From an uncultured Gemmatimonadaceae bacterium (GTDB lineage Bacteria; Gemmatimonadota; Gemmatimonadetes; Gemmatimonadales; Gemmatimonadaceae): a stretch of DNA of 64,000 nucleotides. Made by a program: the position numbers and the translations under genes. Where the stretch lies: the NCBI GenBank assembly GCA_963761305.1, contig CAVXGK010000001.1, forward strand, positions 1,344,001 to 1,408,000, written 5' to 3'. The notes below the pieces were generated by a model. That model ran no database searches. It was not told the origin of the DNA and was given only the letters and a program-made list of their open reading frames with translations. Positions 46,252 through 56,770 of the stretch are shown here, in pieces. How positions within the stretch are numbered: position 1 is the stretch's first letter; every line of letters begins with the position of its first letter.

Positions 46252-46671
46252 TCCGCGGGCATTGCGCGCCGGCCCGCGAGCATTACGCGCCGGTCCGCGT
46301 CCATTACGCATCCGTCCGCGGCCATTACGCATCCGTCCGCGGCCATTACGCATCCGTCCGCGGCCATTACGCATCCGTCCGCGGGCATTACGCATCCGTC
46401 CGCGGGCATTACGCATCCGTCCGCGGGCATTACGCTCCCGTCCGCGGGCATTACGCGTCCGTTCTCGAGCATTACGCGTCCGTTCTCGAGCATTACGCGC
46501 CCGTCCGCAGGCATTACGCGCCCGTCCGCAGGCATTACGCTCCCGTCCGCGGGCATTACGCGTCCGTTCTCGAGCATTACGCGTCCGTTCTCGAGCATCA
46601 CGCGCCCGTCCGCTGGCATTACGCGTCCGTTCTCGAGCAATACGCGTCCGTCCGCAAACATTACGCACCCG
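46252..46671. repeat. Tandem array of 20 x 21-bp units (consensus TCCGCGGGCATTACGCRTCCG)
   Basis: Near-invariant CATTACGC core; variants TCCGCGGG and TTCTCGAG; ORFs on both strands read as heptad repeats. Confidence 0.95.
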
Positions 46672-46793
46672 CCCACCCGTCCACCGTCGCTGATATCGAC
46701 ACGCTCGCGCCGGCCCGTCACGCGTTGCACATTGTTTCGACGTCGATCTTCCCGTCCCGAAAGGCCCCAAAAAACCTCCCGGAGCACGCCAGT

Positions 46794-48482
46794 ATGAGAA
46801 GCACACCACTCTCGCCACGTCGTGCGCGCGCAGCGCTCGGCGTTCTCGTTGCCACGTTCGTCGTTCCCTTCTCCTCAGCGATCGCTCAACGCGGCGGCCG
46901 TGGGGGCGGAGGCGGGGGTGGTGGTGGCGGCGGAGGGGGCGGCCCGGTTCAGGCAGGCGGTCCGACGAACGCGGCAACCGATTCAGCCACCGGTGGAGGG
47001 CGCCGGAATGGTTTCAGCGCCACCACGTCCGCGCCGCGCGACATCGTCGCCATGACGGACGCCGCGCCGACGATCACGCATCACAGCGTCGCCGTGCGCG
47101 GACAAACGATCTCGTACACGGCCACCGCGGGCATGCTTCCCGTTCGGAACGAGCAGAGCGACGCCGTCGAAGGCGGCATGTATTACGTCGCGTACACCAA
47201 GGACGGCGCGAATCCGTCGACGCGTCCGATCACGTTCGCGTTCAACGGCGGCCCCGGCTCGGCGACTGTATGGCTGCACCTCGGCGCGTTCGGCCCAAAA
47301 AAGGTGAAGCTCAACGCCGACGGCACCGCGCCGCCGCCGCCCTACACGTTCGAAGACAACCCGAACACGCTCCTCGACCAGACGGATCTCGTGTTCATCG
47401 ACGCCGTCGGCACGGGCTATAGCCGTGCGGCGACGCAGGCGCTCGGCGCGCGCTTCTGGGGGCTCGACGAGGATCTCGGCTCGTTCCGCGAGTTCATTCG
47501 CCTCTATCTCACGCGATTCGATCGCATGGCATCGCCGAAGTTCCTGGCGGGCGAGAGCTACGGCACCACGCGCGCGTCGGGTCTCTCGGGACTGCTGACG
47601 GATGACGGCATCGCGCTCAACGGCGTGATTCTCCTCTCGTCGGTGCTCAACTTCGAGTACTCGTCGCAGGTGCGCGGCAACGACATCGGTTTCATCAACT
47701 TCATTCCGACGTACGCGGCGACGGCGTGGTATCACAAGAAGCTCCCCGCCGACTTGCAGAAGCAATCGGTCGAGGAAGTCGCGGCGGCGGCCGAGAAGTG
47801 GTCGGTGAACGAGTACGCGTCGGCGCTGATGAAGGGAAACAAGCTCGCGGCGGCCGAGCGTCAGGCGACGATCGATCAGATGGCGCGCTTCACCGGGCTG
47901 TCGAAGGAGATCATCGACCAGAACGATCTGCGCGTCGCGCTCGGCACGTTCGACTCCGAGCTGCTTCATGATCAGCACGAGACAGTCGGCCGTCTCGACG
48001 GCCGGTTCACCGGTTTCGCGCCATTGGGCGGCGGACGTGGCGGCGGTTCGGGCGTCGGCGATCCGAGCGACATCAGCATCCGCAACACGTTCACGCCGGT
48101 GCTCACCGACTATACGCGCCGCGAGCTGAACTACCGCAACGAGGACACGTACTACATCCTGGGCGGCGGCATCGGACGCTGGAACTACCCGCAGAACTCC
48201 TACGCCACGGTCGTGCCGAATCTCGAGCGGGCGTTCGCCAAGAACGCGTACATGAAGTTGTACGTCGCCGAGGGGTATTACGACGCGGCCACGCCGTACT
48301 GGGCGGTCGAGTACACGCTGTCGCACCTGTCGATCGACCCGAAGGTGGCGAAGAACAACATCACCGTCGGCAAGTTCGACGCGGGCCACATGATGTACAT
48401 CGACGAACCGTCGATGAAGAAGCTCCGGGACGATCTGGAGAAGTTCTACAACACCGCGATCAAGGAGCCGGTCGTCCCGTAA
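46794..48482 (+). CDS. Secreted S10 family serine carboxypeptidase
   Basis: FNGGPGS, FIDAVGTGYS, GESYGTTR, GYYDAATP, GHMMY; signal peptide plus poly-Gly. Confidence 0.92.
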   Translation: MRSTPLSPRRARAALGVLVATFVVPFSSAIAQRGGRGGGGGGGGGGGGGGPVQAGGPTNAATDSATGGGRRNGFSATTSAPRDIVAMTDAAPTITHHSVAVRGQTISYTATAGMLPVRNEQSDAVEGGMYYVAYTKDGANPSTRPITFAFNGGPGSATVWLHLGAFGPKKVKLNADGTAPPPPYTFEDNPNTLLDQTDLVFIDAVGTGYSRAATQALGARFWGLDEDLGSFREFIRLYLTRFDRMASPKFLAGESYGTTRASGLSGLLTDDGIALNGVILLSSVLNFEYSSQVRGNDIGFINFIPTYAATAWYHKKLPADLQKQSVEEVAAAAEKWSVNEYASALMKGNKLAAAERQATIDQMARFTGLSKEIIDQNDLRVALGTFDSELLHDQHETVGRLDGRFTGFAPLGGGRGGGSGVGDPSDISIRNTFTPVLTDYTRRELNYRNEDTYYILGGGIGRWNYPQNSYATVVPNLERAFAKNAYMKLYVAEGYYDAATPYWAVEYTLSHLSIDPKVAKNNITVGKFDAGHMMYIDEPSMKKLRDDLEKFYNTAIKEPVVP

Positions 48483-50610
48483 GAACCGGCGCGATCACGC
48501 GCGGCGCCGGCGCGAAGAGCGGCCCCCACTGCGGAACCTTCCACGGATTGTTCCGCAGTTCCTCGGGCTCCGTACCCGGCATGAAGTACTCGGTGTACTT
48601 CATGTCGTACGGCGTCGATGCGGTGGCGAGTTGTCCGGTGGTTCGATCGATTTCGGCGTACACGAGGCCGTCCGGCGGCGGGCCCCACCCGCTCGTCGAG
48701 CGGCCTTGATAGTACTTCGCGATCATGTCGCCCCAGATCGGCGCGGCGAGCAGACCCCCGACAGCGCCTTTCGCGATCGTCTTCGGCTGGTCGAAGCCTA
48801 GCCACACACCGGCGACGACGTCGGGCGTCATGCCGACGAACCACACGTCCCGGTTGTCGTTCGTCGTGCCAGTCTTTCCGGCGACGGGAACGTTGTCGGG
48901 TACGGGCTTTCGGGCCGCCGTGCCGCTGCCGCGGTCGGCGACGTCGCGCATCATGTCGCGCACGATGAACGCCACGCGCGGGTCGAGCACCTGCTGCGGC
49001 GTCGACGGGGGACGCGCGTAGACCGCGCGATTCGCCGCGTCATTGATGCGCGTGATGAACCGCGGCTGCACGACGGCGCCGTTGTCGGCGAACGCCGTGT
49101 ACGCGGTCACCATGTCGATCGGGTGCACCGATGACGCGCCGATCGCGCTCGCCGGCACCGGATCGATCTTGGTGGTGATGCCGAGCCGTTGCGCGAGCGC
49201 CGACACCGAATCCATGCCGACGCGCATGCCGAGCTGGATCGCGACCATGTTGCGCGAGTGGACGAGACCTTCGCGCATCGTCATCGCGATGTTCGTCGGC
49301 ACGCCTTCTTTCCACGTGTTCAAGCCCCAGAATTTCCCGTCGATCTCCTGCGGCTTGTACTCGTCGCCGGTGACGAGCGGAATGTCGAGCGCCGTATCGG
49401 GAACGACCGTGTTGGCCGAGATGCTGTCTTCGATCGCTTTCGCGTAGACGATGGGCTTCATCGACGAGCCGGGCTGCCGAAGCGCCGTCGTCGCCCGGTC
49501 GAACGGCGCGCGCTGATAGTTGCGCCCGCCGACGAGCGCGCGCACGTCTCCGGTGCGCGGATCGATGGCGACCGCCATCGCTTGCAGATAGTCGGTCTGA
49601 CTGCCCTTGGCCGCGGCCTGCGTGAGATGCTTGTAGCCCTTTTGCAATTCGATCTTGTTCGTGCCTTCGATGACCGCGTCGACGGCGGCGCGCTGCAGCG
49701 CGGGATCGAGCGTTGTGTAGACGCGATAGCCGCCGTTCGCCACCGGAATGCCCGCGCGCTCCGCTTGGTGCCGCACTTCGTCGACGAAGTAGCCCGACGC
49801 GGCGGACATACCGCTGTTCGGTGCGGTGACCATCGGTTCGAGCTTGGTTTTATCGGCGAGCGCCTGCGTGATGTACTGCTGATCCGCCATCAGCTGGAGG
49901 ATCAAGTCGCGGCGTTCTTTCGCGCGCTGCGGGTGCGCGATGGGATCGTAAACCGGCTGTGATCTCGGTAGTCCCGCCAGCGTCGCGGCCTCGGCGAGCG
50001 TAAGACGCGCCGCGGGGTGGCCGAAGTAGTGACGCGCCCCCGCCTCTACGCCGTACCAGCCGCGGCCGAGGTTGATCTGGTTCAGGTACGCCTGAAGGAT
50101 CGTGTCCTTCGGGTAGTGCCTCTCCATCTCTCGCGCGGCCGACTGCTCGCGCAGTTTGCGTGAGAGTCCCGCCGTGCCGCTGACCTCGCGCCGGTCGATG
50201 ACGTCCGGGTGCATGTACCCGACGAGCTGCTGCGTGATCGTGCTTCCGCCGCCGCGATTCTCATTGAGGATCTTGCCCTTGATCACGCTCAGCACGGCGC
50301 GCACGTCCACGCCGTCGTGCTCGTAGAAGCGCTGATCCTCGACCGAGATGAACGCCTTCGGCACGTACCACGGAATGGTTTTCAGCGCGACGTTCGTGCG
50401 CATCTCGCGCCCGATCTCGCCGATGAGCGTCGAGTCGCGGGCGTAGACCAGCGTGGACTGCGCGAGCGGGATGATCTGCCAGGCCTCGCCCGTCTTGGGC
50501 GTGGTGTCCTGCGCGTGCGCGACGGCAGCGAGCGACGCGCCGGCGATCAAGGCATATGTGAGGCTACGGACGCGCCAAGCGGCGGTCGCGGAACGACGAG
50601 TCAGCATCAT
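48460..50610 (-). CDS. Class A penicillin-binding protein (PBP1A family)
   Basis: EDQRFYEHDG, GGSTITQQL, RKLRE (transglycosylase); GSSMKP, SRN, KTGT (transpeptidase). Confidence 0.93.
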   Translation of the reverse strand: MMLTRRSATAAWRVRSLTYALIAGASLAAVAHAQDTTPKTGEAWQIIPLAQSTLVYARDSTLIGEIGREMRTNVALKTIPWYVPKAFISVEDQRFYEHDGVDVRAVLSVIKGKILNENRGGGSTITQQLVGYMHPDVIDRREVSGTAGLSRKLREQSAAREMERHYPKDTILQAYLNQINLGRGWYGVEAGARHYFGHPAARLTLAEAATLAGLPRSQPVYDPIAHPQRAKERRDLILQLMADQQYITQALADKTKLEPMVTAPNSGMSAASGYFVDEVRHQAERAGIPVANGGYRVYTTLDPALQRAAVDAVIEGTNKIELQKGYKHLTQAAAKGSQTDYLQAMAVAIDPRTGDVRALVGGRNYQRAPFDRATTALRQPGSSMKPIVYAKAIEDSISANTVVPDTALDIPLVTGDEYKPQEIDGKFWGLNTWKEGVPTNIAMTMREGLVHSRNMVAIQLGMRVGMDSVSALAQRLGITTKIDPVPASAIGASSVHPIDMVTAYTAFADNGAVVQPRFITRINDAANRAVYARPPSTPQQVLDPRVAFIVRDMMRDVADRGSGTAARKPVPDNVPVAGKTGTTNDNRDVWFVGMTPDVVAGVWLGFDQPKTIAKGAVGGLLAAPIWGDMIAKYYQGRSTSGWGPPPDGLVYAEIDRTTGQLATASTPYDMKYTEYFMPGTEPEELRNNPWKVPQWGPLFAPAPRVIAPVLTGRPAP

Positions 50611-50707
50611 GAAGCGGTTGTATCTGTCCAAAATGGTTGTATGGACCATTGTACCCCACCGAGGCGGAATCTCGCCCAGGCCGCTCTTGCCGCGCTACCT
50701 TTCGTGC

Positions 50708-52561
50708 ATGCCCCCGCTCGTCCACCTCGCCGTGGCTCAACTCAAGCCGCGGAAAGGCGATTACCACGGCAATCTCGAGCGGCTGCGAGCGGTGTTCGCC
50801 CAAGTCGACCAGCTCCGGCCTCGACCAACCGTGCTCTGCTTGGCCGAGAGCGCCTTGACCGGGTATTTCCTCGAGGGCGGCGTTCGCGACAACGCCGTCA
50901 CCGCGGGCACGCTTGCCGCCGATCTCGACGCCGTGTATCGAAGCGCCGTCACATCGCCAGTGGCCCCCCCGCTCGACGTGACGCTTGGCTTCTACGAAGT
51001 ATGGAACAACAAGCTCTACAACAGTGCGATGTACGTCACACTCGGCGCGGGCGAGCCGAAGATTCTGCACGTGCACCGAAAGGTTTTCCTTCCGACGTAC
51101 GGCTTGTTCGACGAGGAGCGCTTCGTTGAGCGCGGGCGCGAGGTTCGCTCGTTCGACACATCGTTCGGCCGCGCGGCGCTGCTCGTCTGCGAGGACGCCT
51201 GGCATAGTCTGACGGCGACGATCGCGGCGCTCGACGGTGCGCAGATCATCTTCGTCTGTGCCGCGGCGCCGGCCCGCGGCGCGCAGCCCAAGGGCGACTC
51301 GGTTCCCGGCCCGGCCAGCGTGAGCCGCTGGGACCGGTTGATTCGCGACATCGCGGACGAGCACGGCGTGTTCGTCTCGCTGTCGTGCCTCGTGGGCAGC
51401 GAAGGCGGAAAGGTTTTTCCTGGCGGCTCGTTGGTAGCGGGCCCGTCTGGCGACATCCGGGCGCGGGCACCGCTGTGGGACGAGTCGGTCCTCTCGGTCG
51501 GCGTCGATCTCGCCGACTGCACGCGAGCGCGAACCGACATGCCGCTCATCGCCGACCTCGAGACGATGGTGCCGCATCTCAAGCGCAGCATCGACGACGT
51601 GTTGGCTCGAACGCCGGCGACGCTCGAGTACGATGCGGCCGCCGCTCATCCCGACGCGTCAGGCCGACGCGAAACACCAGCCGGCGGTGAAAGCAAATCG
51701 AGCGGCGAGCTGCCGATCGTGAGCGTCGGCGCGACGAGCCACGAACCGCCGGCTCCGCTGGCGATCGACGGCGCGCTCACCGAGCAGTGGCTCGTCCACT
51801 TCATTCGCGACGAGATGGAGCGGCGGCATTTCACGCGCGCCGTCGTCGGTGTCTCGGGCGGTGTCGACTCGGCGGTCACGGCGTACCTCGCGGCCCGTGC
51901 GCTCGGACCCAAGAACGTGATCGGCGTGCGCATGCCGTATCGCTCGTCGAGTCGAGAGAGTCTCGACCACGCGCAACTGGTGATCGACGCGCTCGGCATC
52001 GAGTCGCGAACGATCGACATCACGCCGGCGGTGGACGGCTACCTGTGTCACGAACCCGACGCCGACGGCGGGCGGCGCGGCAACGTGATGGCCCGCATGC
52101 GCATGATCACCCTGTTCGATCTCGCCGCGAAACACCAGGCGCTTCCGCTCGGCACCGGCAACAAGACCGAACGGCTCTTCGGCTACTTCACCTGGCACGC
52201 CGACGATTCACCGCCCATCAATCCGCTCGGTGATCTGTTCAAGACCCAAGTGTGGGCGCTCGCCAAGCACCTCGGCGTGCCCGAGGTGATCGTCGAAAAA
52301 CCGCCGACGGCGGATCTCGTCGTCGGACAGACCGACGAAGGCGACTTTGGCATCAGCTACAAGAAGGCCGACGAGATTCTGAATTGGCTCGTCGCCGGAT
52401 TTCAGCCGGACGAGCTGATCGCGCGCGGCTTTGACGCCAAAGAGGTTGAGATCGTGCGTCGCCGCGTGGCCAGCACACACTGGAAGCGGCGCTTGCCGAC
52501 GGTGGCGATGCTCAGCCCGACCGCGATCGGCGAGTCTTATCTGCGGCCCGTCGACTACTAG
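50708..52561 (+). CDS. nadE: Glutamine-dependent NAD+ synthetase
   Basis: Nitrilase domain (E, HRKVFLPTYG.FDE, VCED) fused to synthetase (VSGGVDSA, NVMARMRM, TGNKTE, DLFKT, PTADL). Confidence 0.93.
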   Translation: MPPLVHLAVAQLKPRKGDYHGNLERLRAVFAQVDQLRPRPTVLCLAESALTGYFLEGGVRDNAVTAGTLAADLDAVYRSAVTSPVAPPLDVTLGFYEVWNNKLYNSAMYVTLGAGEPKILHVHRKVFLPTYGLFDEERFVERGREVRSFDTSFGRAALLVCEDAWHSLTATIAALDGAQIIFVCAAAPARGAQPKGDSVPGPASVSRWDRLIRDIADEHGVFVSLSCLVGSEGGKVFPGGSLVAGPSGDIRARAPLWDESVLSVGVDLADCTRARTDMPLIADLETMVPHLKRSIDDVLARTPATLEYDAAAAHPDASGRRETPAGGESKSSGELPIVSVGATSHEPPAPLAIDGALTEQWLVHFIRDEMERRHFTRAVVGVSGGVDSAVTAYLAARALGPKNVIGVRMPYRSSSRESLDHAQLVIDALGIESRTIDITPAVDGYLCHEPDADGGRRGNVMARMRMITLFDLAAKHQALPLGTGNKTERLFGYFTWHADDSPPINPLGDLFKTQVWALAKHLGVPEVIVEKPPTADLVVGQTDEGDFGISYKKADEILNWLVAGFQPDELIARGFDAKEVEIVRRRVASTHWKRRLPTVAMLSPTAIGESYLRPVDY

Positions 52562-53038
52562 CTACGCCGCCAAGGCGAGACTCACCGCACGCTTGGCGCA
52601 CCGCTTGAGGGCTCGATGCACGGCGCGCGCGTGCGCGATGAAATTGAGTCCGGCCCACGGGTGCCGCGAAAAGAATTCCGTCGGCAGCAGGTCGCCCTTC
52701 AACCGATTGCAGCGGCCGCACGCGAGGACGACGTTGCCCGGGACATGAGCGCCTCCGTGCGCGAGCGGATGCACGTGGTCGAGCGTGGCGACGTCGAAAT
52801 CGAGCAGCGACCCGCAGTAGACGCAGCGGTGGTCGCAATCGCGCATCGCCGCGTGCTTGATCGCGCGCTTGAGGCGGCCCGACGGAACGCTGTTTCGGGG
52901 GCGCGATCCGCGCGCCGAGCGCGGGAGTCGAGGCAGGGAGACATGGTCGACCTGCCCGCGGCTGCGCCGTGCCGAGCTAGTCGTCGGTACTGCGTGGTTC
53001 CTTCGACTCGGAGAACGACTCAGGAAGAACCTCTCCAT
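52562..53038 (-). CDS. HNH endonuclease with zinc-binding Cys pairs (start uncertain)
   Basis: CVYCG...TLDHVHP.AHGG....NVVLACGRCNRLK. Confidence 0.82.
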   Translation of the reverse strand: MERFFLSRSPSRRNHAVPTTSSARRSRGQVDHVSLPRLPRSARGSRPRNSVPSGRLKRAIKHAAMRDCDHRCVYCGSLLDFDVATLDHVHPLAHGGAHVPGNVVLACGRCNRLKGDLLPTEFFSRHPWAGLNFIAHARAVHRALKRCAKRAVSLALAA

Positions 53039-53627
53039 GCGCGCCTTCTCGCAGTCCCCGACCGTCCGCTTGGGACGTGTTCCCACGAACGCGGTTCTCG
53101 CCGGCGCGCTCCGAACCCGATCTCATTGGCCCTGACTCCTCGAATACCGGAATCGCAACACTTCGTTCCATCGCCGCCGCTGTGACCGGATCGCGAAGCG
53201 CCGCGATGATGCGGGCCGCGTAGGCGTCGAGGATCGTTCGGTCGGGCATGGCCGACCCGCCGAACGGCAAGGGAATGTCGAATCCGTCGCCATGGCGGCG
53301 CGGAATGATGTGCACGTGGTAGTGCGGCTCGTCCTGGCCGGCCTCGATGCCGCTGTTGACGACGATGTTGAGCGAGTCGGTGCCGGAGACCCGGCGAATG
53401 GCCGACCCCAGATCCATCGTGACCCTGAACAGGTGCAGCGCCAGGTCGCGTGGAATGTCGGCCACCGACTCGTAGTGCTCCCGCGGCACGACCAGCACGT
53501 GGCCGTTGTTCACCGGCTGCACGTCCATGAAGGCGATCGCCCGGGAATCCTCGTGGCAGATCGATACTTCGGCCGCGCCATGGATCATGTCACAAAACGT
53601 GCAATGCGCGATTCGCCGTTTGATCAT
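52977..53627 (-). CDS. HIT family nucleotide hydrolase
   Basis: CTFC, FMDVQPVNNGHVLVVPREH, AGQDEPHYHVHII; C-terminal part of ORF 52977..54647; alternative ATG 53657. Confidence 0.88.
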   Translation of the reverse strand: MIKRRIAHCTFCDMIHGAAEVSICHEDSRAIAFMDVQPVNNGHVLVVPREHYESVADIPRDLALHLFRVTMDLGSAIRRVSGTDSLNIVVNSGIEAGQDEPHYHVHIIPRRHGDGFDIPLPFGGSAMPDRTILDAYAARIIAALRDPVTAAAMERSVAIPVFEESGPMRSGSERAGENRVRGNTSQADGRGLREGAHGEVLPESFSESKEPRSTDD

Positions 53628-53659
53628 CGCTGTCTCGAGATGTGTCTGCTCGTCCATAG

Positions 53660-53676
53660 CGCAGATCGAGTGCCAG
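53660..53676 (-). promoter_or_regulatory. Putative sigma-54 promoter for the HIT (and HNH) genes
   Basis: CTGGCACTCGATCTGCG (TGGCAC, GG-N10-GC); position favours the ATG at 53627. Confidence 0.55.
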
Positions 53677-53744
53677 CGTTCCCGCCCCGCGGCTCGCGCG
53701 CGCGACGCCTCTCCTAAAGCCACACCGGCGCTTATTTTCCGGGC

Positions 53745-55850
53745 ATGGCCACTACGACGAAAGCCGAGCGCAAGACCGCCGGATTGACCCGAGAGCAGTT
53801 GGTTGTTGCGTACCGCACCATGCTCCTGTCGCGTCGGCTCGACGACAAAGAGATACAGCTCAAGGGACAGAACAAGATTTTTTTCCAGATCTCGGGCGCC
53901 GGACACGAAGCCGTGCTGACCGCGGCCGGGTTCGTCTTCCGCCCGTCGTACGACTGGTTCTACACCTACTACCGGGACCGGGCGCTCTGTCTGATGCTCG
54001 GTATGACGGGTGAAGAGATGTTGCTCTCCGCCGTCGGCGCGGAGAACGACCCCAACTCCGGTGGCCGCCAGATGCCGAGCCACTGGGGGCACAAGAAGCT
54101 CAACATCGTGTCGAGCTCCTCGCCGACTGGCACGCAGTTCTTGCAGGCCGTCGGCAGCGCCGAAGCGGTGCTTCGCGCGAAACAGCTCGGTATGACCGAA
54201 GGTTTCGAGAAGGACGAAGTGGTATTCTGCTCCACCGGCGACGGCACCACCAGCGAAGGCGAGTTCTGGGAGTCGCTCAACAACGCGTCGAATCTCAAGC
54301 TGCCCATCGTCTATCTCGTCGAAGACAATGGCTACGCGATCTCGGTCCCCGTCGAGGTGAACACCGCGGGTGGCAGTATCTCGAAACTCGTTCGATCCTT
54401 CCCGGACCTGTACGTGGAAGAAGTCGACGGCTGCGATCTGATCGCGAGCTACCAGGCGCTCCAGCGCGCCGTGGAGCACGCGCGCACGCGGAAGGGCCCG
54501 TCCCTCGTGCACGCGCACGTCATTCGTCCGTACTCGCACTCGCTGTCCGATCAAGAGTCGAAGTATCGCCCGCCCGTCGAGCGCGACGCGGAAGCGGTTC
54601 GCGATCCGCTCGCGACCTTCCCGAAGTGGCTCGTCGCCGAAGGGCACGCAACGGAGGCGGAGCTCGCGAAGATCAAGGAAGAGGTCGACGCGGAGGTGCA
54701 GGCCGCGACCGACGTTGCCCTGGCCGCGCAGCAGCCGGGACCGGAGACTGTCGAGAAGTTCGTCTACTCGCCGGACGTCGACCCGACCAGCGAACAGTTC
54801 GACACCGAGGACGATCCGCAGTTCTCCGGCAACGAGACCACGATGGTGGATCTCCTGAACGCCTGCATGCGCGACGAAATGCGACGCGATCAGAAAATCC
54901 TCATCTTCGGCGAGGACGTCGCCGACGCCTCGCGCGAGGCCGCGCTCGAGACGTTGAAGGGCAAGGGCGGCGTCTTCACGGTCACGCTCGGCCTGCAGCG
55001 CGAGTTCGGCGCCTCACGCGTCTACAACACGCCGCTCGCCGAAGCGACGATCGTCGGGCGCGCCATCGGTCTGGCGATCCGCGGCTTCAAGCCCGTCGTC
55101 GAGATTCAGTTCTTCGACTATATCTGGCCGGCGTACATGCAGCTCCGCAACGAGATGGCGACGATGCGCTGGCGCTCGAACGGCGACTTCTCGGCGGCGG
55201 TCGTCGTGCGCACGACCTACGGCGGCTATATCCGCGGCGCCGTGTACCACTCGCAGACCGGCGCGTCGCTGTTCACGCACACGCCGGGCATTCGGGTCGT
55301 GTGTCCGGCCACGGCGCTCGACGCGAACGGGCTGCTCCGCACCGCCATTCGCTGCGACGACCCGGTGCTCTTCCTCGAGCACAAGCATCTCTACCGGCAG
55401 ACGTACAACAAGGCCGCGTATCCAGGCGCGAACTTCATGATCCCCTTCGGCAAGGCGAAGACGGTGCGCGAAGGGACCGACGTCACCATCGTGACGTACG
55501 GCGCGACGGTGCAGCGCGCATTCGCCGCGGCGAATCAGCTCGCCGACGACGGCCCGTCGGTCGAAGTCATCGACTTACGCACGCTCTCACCGTGGGACCA
55601 GGACGCGGTCTACGAGTCGGTGAAGAAGACGAATCGCGTGATCGTGCTCTACGAGGATTCTCTCTCGTGGGGCTTCGGCGCCGAGATCGCGGCGCGAATC
55701 GCCGACGATTGCTTCCCGTGGCTCGACGCGCCGGTCAAGCGCGTCGCGTCCGCCGACACGTTCGTCGGCTACGCGCCGCGCCTCGAGGACGCGATCCTAC
55801 CGCAGGTCGACGACATTAAGCGCGCCTGCGAGGAGATCCTTCGTTTCTGA
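53745..55850 (+). CDS. 2-oxoacid dehydrogenase E1, fused alpha/beta (branched-chain type)
   Basis: [19 protein letters not shown], ThDP motif GDGTTSEG...N; beta half GEDVA, NTPLAE, EIQFFDY, EHKHLY. Confidence 0.92.
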   Translation: MATTTKAERKTAGLTREQLVVAYRTMLLSRRLDDKEIQLKGQNKIFFQISGAGHEAVLTAAGFVFRPSYDWFYTYYRDRALCLMLGMTGEEMLLSAVGAENDPNSGGRQMPSHWGHKKLNIVSSSSPTGTQFLQAVGSAEAVLRAKQLGMTEGFEKDEVVFCSTGDGTTSEGEFWESLNNASNLKLPIVYLVEDNGYAISVPVEVNTAGGSISKLVRSFPDLYVEEVDGCDLIASYQALQRAVEHARTRKGPSLVHAHVIRPYSHSLSDQESKYRPPVERDAEAVRDPLATFPKWLVAEGHATEAELAKIKEEVDAEVQAATDVALAAQQPGPETVEKFVYSPDVDPTSEQFDTEDDPQFSGNETTMVDLLNACMRDEMRRDQKILIFGEDVADASREAALETLKGKGGVFTVTLGLQREFGASRVYNTPLAEATIVGRAIGLAIRGFKPVVEIQFFDYIWPAYMQLRNEMATMRWRSNGDFSAAVVVRTTYGGYIRGAVYHSQTGASLFTHTPGIRVVCPATALDANGLLRTAIRCDDPVLFLEHKHLYRQTYNKAAYPGANFMIPFGKAKTVREGTDVTIVTYGATVQRAFAAANQLADDGPSVEVIDLRTLSPWDQDAVYESVKKTNRVIVLYEDSLSWGFGAEIAARIADDCFPWLDAPVKRVASADTFVGYAPRLEDAILPQVDDIKRACEEILRF

Positions 55851-55866
55851 TCGGCGTCCGGTCGCG

Positions 55867-56748
55867 CTAGTGGTGTGATGGAAACGGCGACGCACCGCGC
55901 GTGTAGTCGCTCGGCACCACGAACAGGCTCTCGTTGATCGGCGAGTGCTTGAGGCTCGACAGCTCGGACCCGATGTCGAGGGTCATCGCCCCGGCACCAG
56001 TGTCCGAGTTCGACGTCGTCTTGGTGCGCACCGCGGTGCCGGACATCCGCCGCGTGATGGAATCCGACTTCGCGGCGAGATCCTTGAACGGTCCGAGCGA
56101 GGCGCCGCTGAGGCCCTGACTGCCGCCTCCGAGCTGGCCGGTCTGCTGAAGCGGACTCGCGGCGAGTCCCGGAATCGACGCCATCCAGTACTCGCTCGTC
56201 GCCGACGTCTTCATCTGCTGGCTCTGGCCCATCCCCTCGATCGACATCGTGTAGCTGACCGTCGTTCGGTAGTGGCGCGTGGGGAAGCCCGCGATCGTAT
56301 CCGTACCGGGCAGAATGTCGAGCGTCACCGCGACGCCGCCGATGGTGATCGACATGCCCATCGACTGCATTTGTTCGAGGGCCTTCGACGAGAAGTCCTT
56401 GGGGATCGGCACGAATTCCTTCTTGCTCGGGTGCACGACCGTCATGCCCGACGTGTCGAACAGGATGTAGTCGCCTTTTTCGCCGAGCGGCGGAATCGCG
56501 CCCTCGACGATGTCGATGCGCATCCGTTGCCCGATCTGGACTCCGTGCCCGGTGTAGCCCGGCGTCATGCCGGCGAGCATGGCGCCCATCGAGCCGCTCG
56601 CCGACATCGTGGTCTTGACGTCGAACTCGATCCCTTGGGATTGCTGCGCGTGAGCCTGGGCGATGAGCGGCGCCAGTGGCAGCGACGTCGCGCTGAGGGC
56701 GAGCCATGCTGCGGCGCAGGCCGGCGTGTGAAGGAATCGACGAATCAT
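55867..56748 (-). CDS. Secreted hypothetical protein (DUF4412-like)
   Basis: Signal peptide; MRIDI, TDTIAGFPTRHY, C-terminal LFVVPSDY. Confidence 0.65.
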   Translation of the reverse strand: MIRRFLHTPACAAAWLALSATSLPLAPLIAQAHAQQSQGIEFDVKTTMSASGSMGAMLAGMTPGYTGHGVQIGQRMRIDIVEGAIPPLGEKGDYILFDTSGMTVVHPSKKEFVPIPKDFSSKALEQMQSMGMSITIGGVAVTLDILPGTDTIAGFPTRHYRTTVSYTMSIEGMGQSQQMKTSATSEYWMASIPGLAASPLQQTGQLGGGSQGLSGASLGPFKDLAAKSDSITRRMSGTAVRTKTTSNSDTGAGAMTLDIGSELSSLKHSPINESLFVVPSDYTRGASPFPSHH

Positions 56749-56770
56749 GGCTGGCTCCACTCGGAAACGG

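Noticed and set aside
46252..46671. Possible CRISPR array
   Set aside because: Units are contiguous with no unique spacers and there are no cas genes; it is a tandem repeat
52562..53038. HNH gene as part of a mobile element, restriction-modification or Cas system
   Set aside because: No methylase, integrase, intron or cas context; flanked by housekeeping genes with similar composition
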